Positions 1 through 8,300 of a stretch of 64,000 bases of DNA are shown one piece after another. Numbering within the stretch: the first letter of the stretch is position 1; every line of letters begins with the position of its first letter. Origin of the DNA: Candidatus Thorarchaeota archaeon (GTDB lineage Archaea > Asgardarchaeota > Thorarchaeia > Thorarchaeales > Thorarchaeaceae); the NCBI GenBank assembly GCA_016933575.1, contig JAFGAR010000081.1:192001-256000 (forward strand). The letters are read 5' to 3'. Under the pieces are notes generated by a model. The model saw nothing but the letters and a program-made list of their open reading frames with translations, had not been told where the DNA came from and ran no database searches. Position numbers and translations under genes: made by a program.

Positions 1-244
1 CAACGACTGCTTGTAGTACTTGTTTTCTCAGTTCTTGTTTTCCTTTGGTGACAGAGACATTCACCAAGTCTCCAATTCCAGCCTTTCCGATTTTTCTTAA
101 TTTACCTTTATATCCAAAGACTGTGATGAGCTGGAGTTCTTTTGCACCTGAGTTATCTGCACACATTAGTGTGGCGCCAACAGGCAACCCACGAGCAATC
201 CGGGGTATGAACCTTCTCATGCCTCTTCCGACTTTTCTTGACAT
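1..244 (-). CDS. rpl14: 50S ribosomal protein uL14 (runs off window start)
   Basis: Manual translation from ATG 244: MSRKVGRGMRRFIPRIARGLPVGATLMCADNSGAKELQLI...GIGDLVNVSVTKG. Follows rps17. Confidence 0.95.
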   Translation of the reverse strand, partial: MSRKVGRGMRRFIPRIARGLPVGATLMCADNSGAKELQLITVFGYKGKLRKIGKAGIGDLVNVSVTKGKQELRKQVLQAVV

Positions 245-247
245 TGA

Positions 248-613
248 TTACTCCTCCTGGGTTTCCTCTGTTTTTACCACAGAAATCACAACATTGGAAA
301 CATTCTTACTCAGCGGTCTACATTCAACAACCTTGACAATGTCTCCAACTTTGATATCTAGACATGGTGGGTGATGGGCAAGTTTCTTTGATCTTCGACG
401 TTCGTACCTCGAGTATTTCTTGACCAGGCTAAGAAAGTCCTGCTGGAATGAAAGTGTATTATGCATCATTGTGCTGGTCACGGTTCCCTCCATCACTCTA
501 CCCCTTACTGGAAGGTCGCCATGGAATGGACAATGCATGTCATCGCATGACTTCTCTGGAGGCTCCACATTTGGAATGCCAATATTTCGAACTTTTGTCT
601 TCGTCTTAGCCAT
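248..613 (-). CDS. rps17: 30S ribosomal protein uS17
   Basis: CDDMHCPFHG, RYERRRSK and ECRPLSK motifs; operon context. Confidence 0.97.
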   Translation of the reverse strand: MAKTKTKVRNIGIPNVEPPEKSCDDMHCPFHGDLPVRGRVMEGTVTSTMMHNTLSFQQDFLSLVKKYSRYERRRSKKLAHHPPCLDIKVGDIVKVVECRPLSKNVSNVVISVVKTEETQEE

Positions 614-615
614 TG

Positions 616-900
616 TTACCAGCTCCTATTGAAACGTTTTTTCATTCTGTCTTCTGGTCTTCCTCTCAGTACATTGCCTTCAATACGGACCATTGTACCT
701 CCCGGAAGGGTCACATCAAATACACAGATTTTCTTGGGAACCATGACTTCTCCCAAGTCTGTTCGTAAGTGAATCATCTCTTTTGATTCGCCAAGGATAG
801 TACCCTGCTTACATACAAGATTTGGATCGCTTGACTCAACGATATGTGTTGACAAGCCAGTGAGTTCATGTCTTACTATATTCTCTGGAGTGATTTTCAT
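616..900 (-). CDS. rnp1: RNase P protein component 1 (Rpp29/Pop4)
   Basis: ITPENIVRHELTGL...GRPEDRMKK; canonical position between rpl29 and rps17. Confidence 0.93.
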   Translation of the reverse strand: MKITPENIVRHELTGLSTHIVESSDPNLVCKQGTILGESKEMIHLRTDLGEVMVPKKICVFDVTLPGGTMVRIEGNVLRGRPEDRMKKRFNRSW

Positions 901-1109
901 TTAGATCCCTCCAGTTCTTCTTCATGCTGAATGGTTAGAATACGAGCTATTGCTCGTCTCACATTTCGAATCCTGTATGGGTTTTCTGTACCTCCACCTG
1001 TCGCCGCCTCGATTCGGATACTGGATTTCTCATCATATAGCTCTTCCAGTTTCTTCTGGCGTTCAGTAGGTGTAAGTGCACGGATATCTTTTGGAGTGAG
1101 ATTCGCCAT
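897..1109 (-). CDS. rpl29: 50S ribosomal protein uL29
   Basis: ENPYRIRNVRRAIARILT motif. Confidence 0.95.
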   Translation of the reverse strand: MANLTPKDIRALTPTERQKKLEELYDEKSSIRIEAATGGGTENPYRIRNVRRAIARILTIQHEEELEGSK

Positions 1110-2023
1110 TATTCATCTACCTCCTCATCGAGTGAATCTAGCTCCTCAAGGTCCTCTATGATCTTCTCATCTACTTTCTTGCTAGATTCGACTTCTGGCT
1201 CCTTTTTAGTTTCAACAGGAGCTTCTGATTCCTCCTCCGGAGGTTCAATAGCATCATCAGGAGTAGTAACATCTTCCACGAGCTCTAGACCATCAAGTTC
1301 TTCCAATTCTCGTAGTTCATCGATGTCTGTAATTCCTTCAAGTGATTCCTCCATGACCTCTTCTTCCTCAGGTGTGACCTCCTCGTCTGGTTTTTTGACG
1401 AGTTCAATCTCCTCAGGCTTCTTTGGTTTCGGAGGTTTAATATTAACAACACCAGGCAATTTTGCATCTGGTCTCATAATTCTGACTTTGATTCCGATGA
1501 CTCCTGGTTTCAGGACTGCTCTGTCATCTGCTTCATCAACAAATATGTCCGCAGGTTCTCCAGTTTTGGCAATTGTTCCTTGCTTAAATTTCTGGTAACG
1601 TGCTCGTCTGCTGGAGAGTTTTCCCTTCACAATGATTTCGCACCCAATAGCTCCAGCTCGCATGACTCTTCTTAGAATCCAATATGCCATTCTTCTGAAT
1701 CTAACGCCTCTCTCTAGTTGTCTTGCAAGTCTTGAGGCCATTACTGATGCATCCAACCATGGATTCTCAATCTCACTGACCTCTACCTGTACATTCTCTA
1801 TACCAAACTCATTCTCTAGAATATAGGTCAGTTCTCGAATCTTAGATCCACGTCGACCAATTACAACTCCTGGCCTTGAGGCCTGAATGACCACTTCAGT
1901 TTTCATTGGCATCTTTCTTATCTCAACGCCTCCATATCCGGCAGCGTTGAGTTCTGTTGCCAGGAACTCGTCAATAGCAAGCTTTCGTGAGTTCTGATCT
2001 ATGAAATACTTTACAGCCGACAT
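1109..2023 (-). CDS. rps3: 30S ribosomal protein uS3 with long acidic C-terminal tail
   Basis: KH domain RPGVVIGRRG; GCEIIVKGKL; GVIGIKVRI. Confidence 0.97.
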   Translation of the reverse strand: MSAVKYFIDQNSRKLAIDEFLATELNAAGYGGVEIRKMPMKTEVVIQASRPGVVIGRRGSKIRELTYILENEFGIENVQVEVSEIENPWLDASVMASRLARQLERGVRFRRMAYWILRRVMRAGAIGCEIIVKGKLSSRRARYQKFKQGTIAKTGEPADIFVDEADDRAVLKPGVIGIKVRIMRPDAKLPGVVNIKPPKPKKPEEIELVKKPDEEVTPEEEEVMEESLEGITDIDELRELEELDGLELVEDVTTPDDAIEPPEEESEAPVETKKEPEVESSKKVDEKIIEDLEELDSLDEEVDE

Positions 2024-2487
2024 TATGCCACCTCTTCCAATACAATTTCCACATGTGAAGTCTGTTCAAAGTAGGGTGAACTTCGTCCAAAAGCCCTCTC
2101 GATGTATTTCTTGTAGACTCTGCCTCGATGAGTCACTGAATGAACAATTCGAAGGCGGTCAATGTCCAATCCTTTATTGTCAGCATTGGCCTCCGCGTTT
2201 TTCAAGACCTTCAAAATAATACTTGAGGCTTTCACCGGATGACCACCAGCTACCCATTTCTTCATACCTGGGTGGTGACCACGTTTCTTATAGTGGCGCT
2301 TGTAGGGAATCCATGCCTTTTCTTCGATAACAGCTTCAAGTAACTCTATTGCCTTATCGAGCATCATTCCCCGGATTTCGGTACAGACTTCTCTACACTG
2401 CTTTGGAGAAACCCGCATGTTTCTGCCGCTAGCAATGGCTGTTCTATCTGGGTCAATGCCTATGATTGAATATCCATATGATGGCAT
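2023..2487 (-). CDS. rpl22: 50S ribosomal protein uL22
   Basis: VSPKQCREVC, LKNAEANA and RAFGRSSP motifs. Confidence 0.97.
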   Translation of the reverse strand: MPSYGYSIIGIDPDRTAIASGRNMRVSPKQCREVCTEIRGMMLDKAIELLEAVIEEKAWIPYKRHYKKRGHHPGMKKWVAGGHPVKASSIILKVLKNAEANADNKGLDIDRLRIVHSVTHRGRVYKKYIERAFGRSSPYFEQTSHVEIVLEEVA

Positions 2488-2730
2488 ATTGCCTCACTTC
2501 CACTGTGGGACTTTTCTAAGCTCACATAATTTTGCAAGCCTGCAAGTCAATGTTGCATAATACATCCACTCCAGACCCTACTGGCACACGTCTACAGGCT
2601 GTTCTCGCGAGCAGAACTAAGATGCCTGTACTGCTTCCTTTGAGTCTGAAACAGCTGCTTATCTAATAGCAACAGTCCGCTCTCGGAAATATTTCGCATT
2701 TAAACATTGTCACATGTCCGAGAACGAGAC

Positions 2731-3156
2731 TCACGGATTATCTCCAAACTCTGCGGTGACACGTTTGAGAATAGGAGTTCTTATTGATCTCTTGACTAGC
2801 TCTACTCCCGAATCCGTCAGAGTTCCTTTGATATAATGCACACCTGCAGACTGAATATACACAAATCCCTTTTTCTTCAGATTCTGTAGGCTTCCAAGGA
2901 CGATCTGAGTCAGTTCCTCCTCAGTAACTTCTAGGCCGCCTCCAGGTATCTGTAAGGTCTCACTCATTCTCAGAATATTTCGCATTGAACTAAGTTGTCT
3001 ACGATGGCTATCATATGGATTGGAATACATCCACAATAAAACAATCAAATCTACAACATCTAACCCAATGTCTGGATTCATCTCCAAGGCTTTCTTTGCA
3101 ACAAGTTCGACAATGGGCATTATTACCACGACATTACTGATTTGAAACCTATTCAA
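2731..3156 (-). CDS. hypothetical protein, probable winged-helix (real start may be the internal ATG, MPIVEL)
   Basis: SLQNLKKKGFV...LTDSG resembles a wHTH wing. Confidence 0.6.
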   Translation of the reverse strand: MNRFQISNVVVIMPIVELVAKKALEMNPDIGLDVVDLIVLLWMYSNPYDSHRRQLSSMRNILRMSETLQIPGGGLEVTEEELTQIVLGSLQNLKKKGFVYIQSAGVHYIKGTLTDSGVELVKRSIRTPILKRVTAEFGDNP

Positions 3157-3169
3157 TGAATCGAAGTGC

Positions 3170-3883
3170 TCATACCAATTTCACTAATCTGACACTTGGT
3201 TGAAATATATCGCCACCGTGTATAAGTCGCTCGAGAGAACTATCAACCGAGGCCTCTGATATGCCTAGTTTGCCAAAATGGTGAACAATCTCGTTGATTT
3301 CAAGTACGCCTCCTCTATTTTTCAACAATGCTATAATTTCTGACGAGATATCTCTCTTCGCTGATTCGCTCGATGACTCGTCCTCTTCAATATCAACAAG
3401 TTGCACAGCCCATGGTCTTGGAAAGATGAGCACACCACTATTTGATAGCCCTTCAAGTGTTTTCTCCACCCACTCCCACTTCAGACCATCACTTTCGCAG
3501 AGTTCCTCTAATTTGTCTAGTGAGCAGAGCTTCCCCTGTGCTTCTCTTCCAAGGATGGTCATCAACCTCTTCCTTTTACCCAGCATGGGTGTGTCTTCCT
3601 CTTCACTCTCAATGTCCTCTACCTTGACGGTCTCTTTTGGCATCAATGCACGTACTCTCTCATGGGACCGTTCTACTGCCTCCTTGAACTCATCTCCTCC
3701 CCTTGCAGCATTGAACTCCTTAACAGCGGCTGCCGCTTGTTCCGGGCTATCAAATAATGCACGATTGGCTTTGGTGATATCAATGATAGTGCCGCAATAA
3801 CTACATCTCCTATGTCTTTGACCTACTGGAGCATTTGTGAAGTTCCTACACTTTGGGCACATGAACACGAAGAACTGTTTCAA
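3170..3883 (-). CDS. Zn-ribbon (DUF1922-like) protein with two C-terminal winged-helix-like domains
   Basis: CPKC...CSYC at the N-terminus; C-terminal LERLIHGGDIFQPS resembles an MCM-type wHTH. Confidence 0.65.
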   Translation of the reverse strand: MKQFFVFMCPKCRNFTNAPVGQRHRRCSYCGTIIDITKANRALFDSPEQAAAAVKEFNAARGGDEFKEAVERSHERVRALMPKETVKVEDIESEEEDTPMLGKRKRLMTILGREAQGKLCSLDKLEELCESDGLKWEWVEKTLEGLSNSGVLIFPRPWAVQLVDIEEDESSSESAKRDISSEIIALLKNRGGVLEINEIVHHFGKLGISEASVDSSLERLIHGGDIFQPSVRLVKLV

Positions 3884-3998
3884 AAAATAACACCTACTTC
3901 AATACACTATCTAACGTTGTGGTATTAAAGGTCCCTCTCTCTGGTCAAATGAATATTGTTATATCTCGCACACTCGCGAAACCTCATGGGATTCAGAA

Positions 3999-4223
3999 AT
4001 GACCAAGACCGCCAAGCAAATTCACATCGATGCCAGACTCTGCAAAGGTTGTCACATATGCATCACTGTGTGTCCACATGGTGTCCTTAGGAAGGCTGAG
4101 GTGGTTGATAATCGTGGCTTCTTTCTTCCTGAAGTAGCTGATATCGAAGCCTGTCGTGTTTGCCGACTCTGTGAATTGGAATGTCCCGATTTTGCGATTT
4201 GCGTCGAAGAAATAACAGACTAA
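3999..4223 (+). CDS. 2x[4Fe-4S] ferredoxin (2-oxoacid oxidoreductase delta-subunit-like)
   Basis: Two CxxCxxCxxxCP motifs. Confidence 0.92.
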   Translation: MTKTAKQIHIDARLCKGCHICITVCPHGVLRKAEVVDNRGFFLPEVADIEACRVCRLCELECPDFAICVEEITD

Positions 4224-4315
4224 TCCTTTTGAAACACTCGGTTTCTACGAGCACTAATAATACATGGAATGATATATGTTTAGACACTGACTTGAAGAGT
4301 CTGCAGTCCAAGTAG

Positions 4316-4894
4316 GTGTATGAATTGGAGAATACAGATATCCAGCTCTTGCTGAATATTCGAACAAAACTCAATGAAGAGATTGATCGATTGAAGGATA
4401 TGATTGCTCGTTTAGAGGAGCATATAGAGACACTAGATGAACAGATTGCAAAAGGTAGTTTTGCCACTGCAGATGTTGCAATGACGAAAGGGATTGTGAG
4501 AGAACCTACAACTCCAAGTGAACCTCTCTTTGGGAGCGAGGAGTCTCAGAGTATTGTAATCACCAATAAGGCAGGCAATCTCGAATTGGGAACTATCGAG
4601 ATTATTGAACAGACAATCAGAGTGATTCCAGCTGAACACGCCATTTATGACATCACTCGTGGAGCCTTTGCCAGATTCTTCATGGAGCGAATTCTAGGCA
4701 AATTCCAACAAGATGACCGTCATCGAGTTGAGAATGGAGAAATCGAATGGGATGATGCCTTTGACTTCGAGGTACACGCTGAGGACAATATACTCGAAGA
4801 GATGGTCATCAGAAACTTCGGTGATGATGCTCGACTGAAGGAAATTCAAAATACCCTTCAATGGGCTCTAGAAAAGACATATAGTGCAAGATGA
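4316..4894 (+). CDS. hypothetical protein with N-terminal coiled coil
   Basis: 192 aa ORF with heptad pattern. Confidence 0.7.
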   Translation: MYELENTDIQLLLNIRTKLNEEIDRLKDMIARLEEHIETLDEQIAKGSFATADVAMTKGIVREPTTPSEPLFGSEESQSIVITNKAGNLELGTIEIIEQTIRVIPAEHAIYDITRGAFARFFMERILGKFQQDDRHRVENGEIEWDDAFDFEVHAEDNILEEMVIRNFGDDARLKEIQNTLQWALEKTYSAR

Positions 4895-5005
4895 TTCCAT
4901 GATGGCGCCCTTGAGAACTCACCCTAACTTCCTTTGCAAAAGAATATAACTTACATCTCTCTATTTTTGGAAGTAGAAAGTAGAGAGTTCCTTGGAGTGG
5001 CATAG

Positions 5006-5620
5006 ATGGCTTCCCACAATATTGACAACGATCTTGCAGTTAATCCTCAAGTCATTGTGGAAACCGTTCGTAATGCACATGAGTTCTTTTCTGAACACAG
5101 AATCGATGAACGTTATGAGAAAATGGCCCTAGACCTCGTGCGGAGATATGTTTCACAGGAAGGAAACCCTCGTGAGGAGGATCCCTTCTTTGCTGCCTCC
5201 CTCTATATGGTTACTAGACACCCTTGGAGTCATCCCAATCCCCTTACAAAGACTGAGTTTGCTAACAAGCTGAATATGAAGGAGTCTAGCTTGGAATGGT
5301 ACACAGATACAATAGGCATGAAACTTGGATTTTCAATCTTTCATGATTCCTCTCAACTACCCTTCTTTTTAGACCCGCAAGGAACCATTGCTAGTGTCGT
5401 TGATTCCATTGTAATATCAAATGTTGGCGAAGAGGTAGTCAGTAGTATTGTAAGTCGAAATGTTCTCTCACCTGACCAACTTGCAGAAAAAATCGTAGAT
5501 CAACTATGCAGTGTTGTCAAGATTATCCCTGCCGTATTTGAACAGGAACTCTATAGTTTGGTTCGTAAGAAAATCGAGGTGGAGAGTAAACGGCTCTCCG
5601 ACCAATTGATGCGGCGTTAA
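5006..5620 (+). CDS. hypothetical protein with a single TFIIB/cyclin-like repeat
   Basis: FFAASLYMVTR...PLTKTEFANKLNMKESSL parallels the TFB repeat AATLYAACR...PRPLDEVA. Confidence 0.55.
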   Translation: MASHNIDNDLAVNPQVIVETVRNAHEFFSEHRIDERYEKMALDLVRRYVSQEGNPREEDPFFAASLYMVTRHPWSHPNPLTKTEFANKLNMKESSLEWYTDTIGMKLGFSIFHDSSQLPFFLDPQGTIASVVDSIVISNVGEEVVSSIVSRNVLSPDQLAEKIVDQLCSVVKIIPAVFEQELYSLVRKKIEVESKRLSDQLMRR

Positions 5621-5625
5621 GTTGT

Positions 5626-5931
5626 CTATGAATTCTCTGGTTGCAGTGTCACTTCTTCAACAAGTCTCTTTCCTGCAACAACTTGATCAATCGAGTGGAT
5701 CACAGCTCCTGCCTGCTCAAGAATATCCTTGATGCTATCATAGCTAAGATCGTCTCCTTCAAGAGTGATTGTGATACTCTCAGTATTCTGGTCCACTTCT
5801 TTCAGGGTGATGTTGAGTCCACTTACCCGATCATCTCGGGTCATCATTAAAGCAAGGTCCGTCAAACGTGGACTGTGCGGTTTCAAAACGTCTAGTACTA
5901 TTCTTCGTATGCCTTGAGGCAATAATCGCAT
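5626..5931 (-). CDS. DUF211 family protein
   Basis: IRRIVLDVLKPH...GAVIHSIDQVVAG signature. Confidence 0.9.
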   Translation of the reverse strand: MRLLPQGIRRIVLDVLKPHSPRLTDLALMMTRDDRVSGLNITLKEVDQNTESITITLEGDDLSYDSIKDILEQAGAVIHSIDQVVAGKRLVEEVTLQPENS

Positions 5932-6158
5932 TCCCCATAATTGACCATTTGGCCTTATTTTCTACAGATGTTGCCACTGGAATTTGCTTGTTAAACCTTA
6001 CGACAACGGAACAAATACGTTTTTCCATTATTTTTATCGTCGCCCTGTATTCTGGCGCCAATAAGTGTGACAAGAGTGGGAAGCTCCCCAAGGCTTATAT
6101 CAACATCCAGATGAATTCTATGTTGTACCCTTCTTAGGGGTACGCCGGGAAAATATAG

Positions 6159-6491
6159 GTGGACGCTTGCTTGACATTGAAACAGGAGAGACTTACTAGA
6201 CAAACCAAGGACATTCCTTCAACGAAGGACTTGCCTAATATCCGATCCATCAAATACGAGTCAGGCTTGACCATCGATATTGATGTTGCAGATTTCAAAG
6301 GTCATCCTTTATGGAACATTCTCATAGAAACAGCTCGTAATAATCCTCTCTTTCCTGGAAGATCTGGTTATGCTCATAACCATATCATCCCGGAGAATCC
6401 TAAGATAACCCCGAAAGAGCTAGCCAGCAAACTGTCAATCACTGTGGGTGAGGCATTGGCAATTCTAGAGGGTTATGAAAAAACTGGTTAA
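6159..6491 (+). CDS. hypothetical protein with C-terminal HTH-like segment
   Basis: ITPKELASKLSITVGEALAIL. Confidence 0.55.
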   Translation: MDACLTLKQERLTRQTKDIPSTKDLPNIRSIKYESGLTIDIDVADFKGHPLWNILIETARNNPLFPGRSGYAHNHIIPENPKITPKELASKLSITVGEALAILEGYEKTG

Positions 6492-6550
6492 ACTTGCCAC
6501 AAGTCTTCATTTTTAAGCTATATCTCTCTAGGGTATAATGGATTGATATC

Positions 6551-7630
6551 ATGAGTGAATCGACCGGATTCAGAGATGCTAGATATGCTCACGCGCTCAA
6601 GAGAGAGATAGAGACTCTCAGCAATGAAAAGAAGATACGGATTGTTCATGTATGTGGCACACATGAAGACACCATTAGTCAACATGGAATTCGTTCATTA
6701 CTTCCAGAGAGCATGAGTCTAGTTGCTGGGCCTGGATGTCCTGTCTGTGTCTGTGCAGCTGAAGATGTAGATATGGCAATCGAGCTAGCTCGTCAAGGTC
6801 ATATTGTAACATCTTTCGGTGACATGATTCGTGTGCCAGCAACAGATACATCCTTGGCAAAGGAACGAACAAAGGGTGCTGATGTTCGTATTGTCTATGG
6901 GGCAAATGATGCAGTAGAGATAGCAAAGAAGAATCCCGACAAAGAAGTTGTCTTTGTAGGAGCTGGCTTTGAGACTACTGCTCCTACAATCGCTATTGAG
7001 CTATTACGAAAACCGCCTTCTAACTTCTCGATTCTCACATCACTGAAAGTCATTCCCCCCGCAATGGAGCTGCTTGTGAAGATTGAAGGATTTGCAGTCG
7101 ATGGATTCATCACTCCCGGTCATGTAGCGACCATAATAGGAACTGAAGCATTCAAGCCCTTTGCAGAGAAACATGGAGTGCCTTGTGTGACTGCTGGATT
7201 TGAGCCGTTAGATGTCCTTGAGGCAATTCGTATGATATTGATTCAGATTGCTGAAGGTCGAGCCACCTCTGAGAACGAATATACACGAGTTGTGCGCCTG
7301 GAGGGTAACCTTGCGGCACAGAAAGCACTAGAACAAGCCTTTAGGATTGGTGATGTACCATGGAGGGGTCTTGGGATCATTGAAAGCTCAGGGTACTTCA
7401 TTAGAGATGAGTTTTCTGAGCATGATGCTCGCAAGAGATTTGATTTTCCAGAAATAGAATCTATTGACATTCTTCCTGGATGTAGGTGTCACGAAGTAAT
7501 TCTGGGAATGGTCGATCCTGTTGAATGTCCACTTTTTGGAAAACGGTGCACACCCGAAGACCCCTATGGTCCCTGTATGGTAGGCCATGAAGGAACCTGT
7601 CGAATTCGTCACGAGTTTCAAGGAATCTGA
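6551..7630 (+). CDS. hypD: [NiFe]-hydrogenase maturation protein HypD
   Basis: VCGTH, GPGCPVCV, GFETT, PGHV and GPCMVGHEGTC motifs. Confidence 0.97.
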   Translation: MSESTGFRDARYAHALKREIETLSNEKKIRIVHVCGTHEDTISQHGIRSLLPESMSLVAGPGCPVCVCAAEDVDMAIELARQGHIVTSFGDMIRVPATDTSLAKERTKGADVRIVYGANDAVEIAKKNPDKEVVFVGAGFETTAPTIAIELLRKPPSNFSILTSLKVIPPAMELLVKIEGFAVDGFITPGHVATIIGTEAFKPFAEKHGVPCVTAGFEPLDVLEAIRMILIQIAEGRATSENEYTRVVRLEGNLAAQKALEQAFRIGDVPWRGLGIIESSGYFIRDEFSEHDARKRFDFPEIESIDILPGCRCHEVILGMVDPVECPLFGKRCTPEDPYGPCMVGHEGTCRIRHEFQGI

Positions 7631-7638
7631 AAAAGGTA

Positions 7639-8292
7639 TCAGTGAGTTCTATGTCTCTTTTCAGCCATCTTCAGGTCTCTCTGCGTGTTAAGGTTCGTAA
7701 AGGTCTCTAACTCTGAGTCAAACTGCTTCAAGGTCTCTGTAGAAATATACAACACATGTTGTATCTGTTTCAATAGATCACTCATTCGATACTGACCACT
7801 CTCTATAATCTCGAGTCCCTTTGAGTAGGCATGCTCAGCCAAGTAGACTGAGTGTATTGGTTCAATATACCCTGATGGCCAGATTGGTACTACTGCTCCA
7901 TGCCCTGGAGACAATCGTATGAGTACCTTGAGTAATTCTGGTTGTGTGAATGGTGCATCCACTGGCAATAGAAGTGTGTACTGTGTTGAGGTATATTCAA
8001 ATGCCGTTAGTGCTCCGTTCAGAGCTGATTTTATACTGCCATCTGGGTCAGTAACAACTCGTACATTCTTGACCAGTGGTTTGATTTTGGTAGCTTGTTC
8101 TTCCTCTGAAACCACTATGAGGAGTTCTGGTGAGATCGTACGAGCTATTTCTAACATGTGGGCAATTAGTGGTTTCTGATGAAATGTAGTTGTGAACTTA
8201 TCTGCTCCAAATCGTTTCGAGGCGCCTCCTGCCAAGATTGCAACAGTCACATCTTGCATCTTTTCTAAGACCTCGATATGATTTGAAGACAC
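7639..8292 (-). CDS. mobA: molybdenum cofactor guanylyltransferase
   Basis: ILAGGASKRFGADK, PVDAP, EPIHSVY and FTNLNT motifs. Confidence 0.9.
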   Translation of the reverse strand: MSSNHIEVLEKMQDVTVAILAGGASKRFGADKFTTTFHQKPLIAHMLEIARTISPELLIVVSEEEQATKIKPLVKNVRVVTDPDGSIKSALNGALTAFEYTSTQYTLLLPVDAPFTQPELLKVLIRLSPGHGAVVPIWPSGYIEPIHSVYLAEHAYSKGLEIIESGQYRMSDLLKQIQHVLYISTETLKQFDSELETFTNLNTQRDLKMAEKRHRTH

Positions 8293-8300
8293 CCACCTTA

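Noticed and set aside
4895-4960. Fluoride riboswitch-like GATGGCGCCC
   Set aside because: The rest of the consensus and the pseudoknot are absent, and no fluoride-related gene follows.
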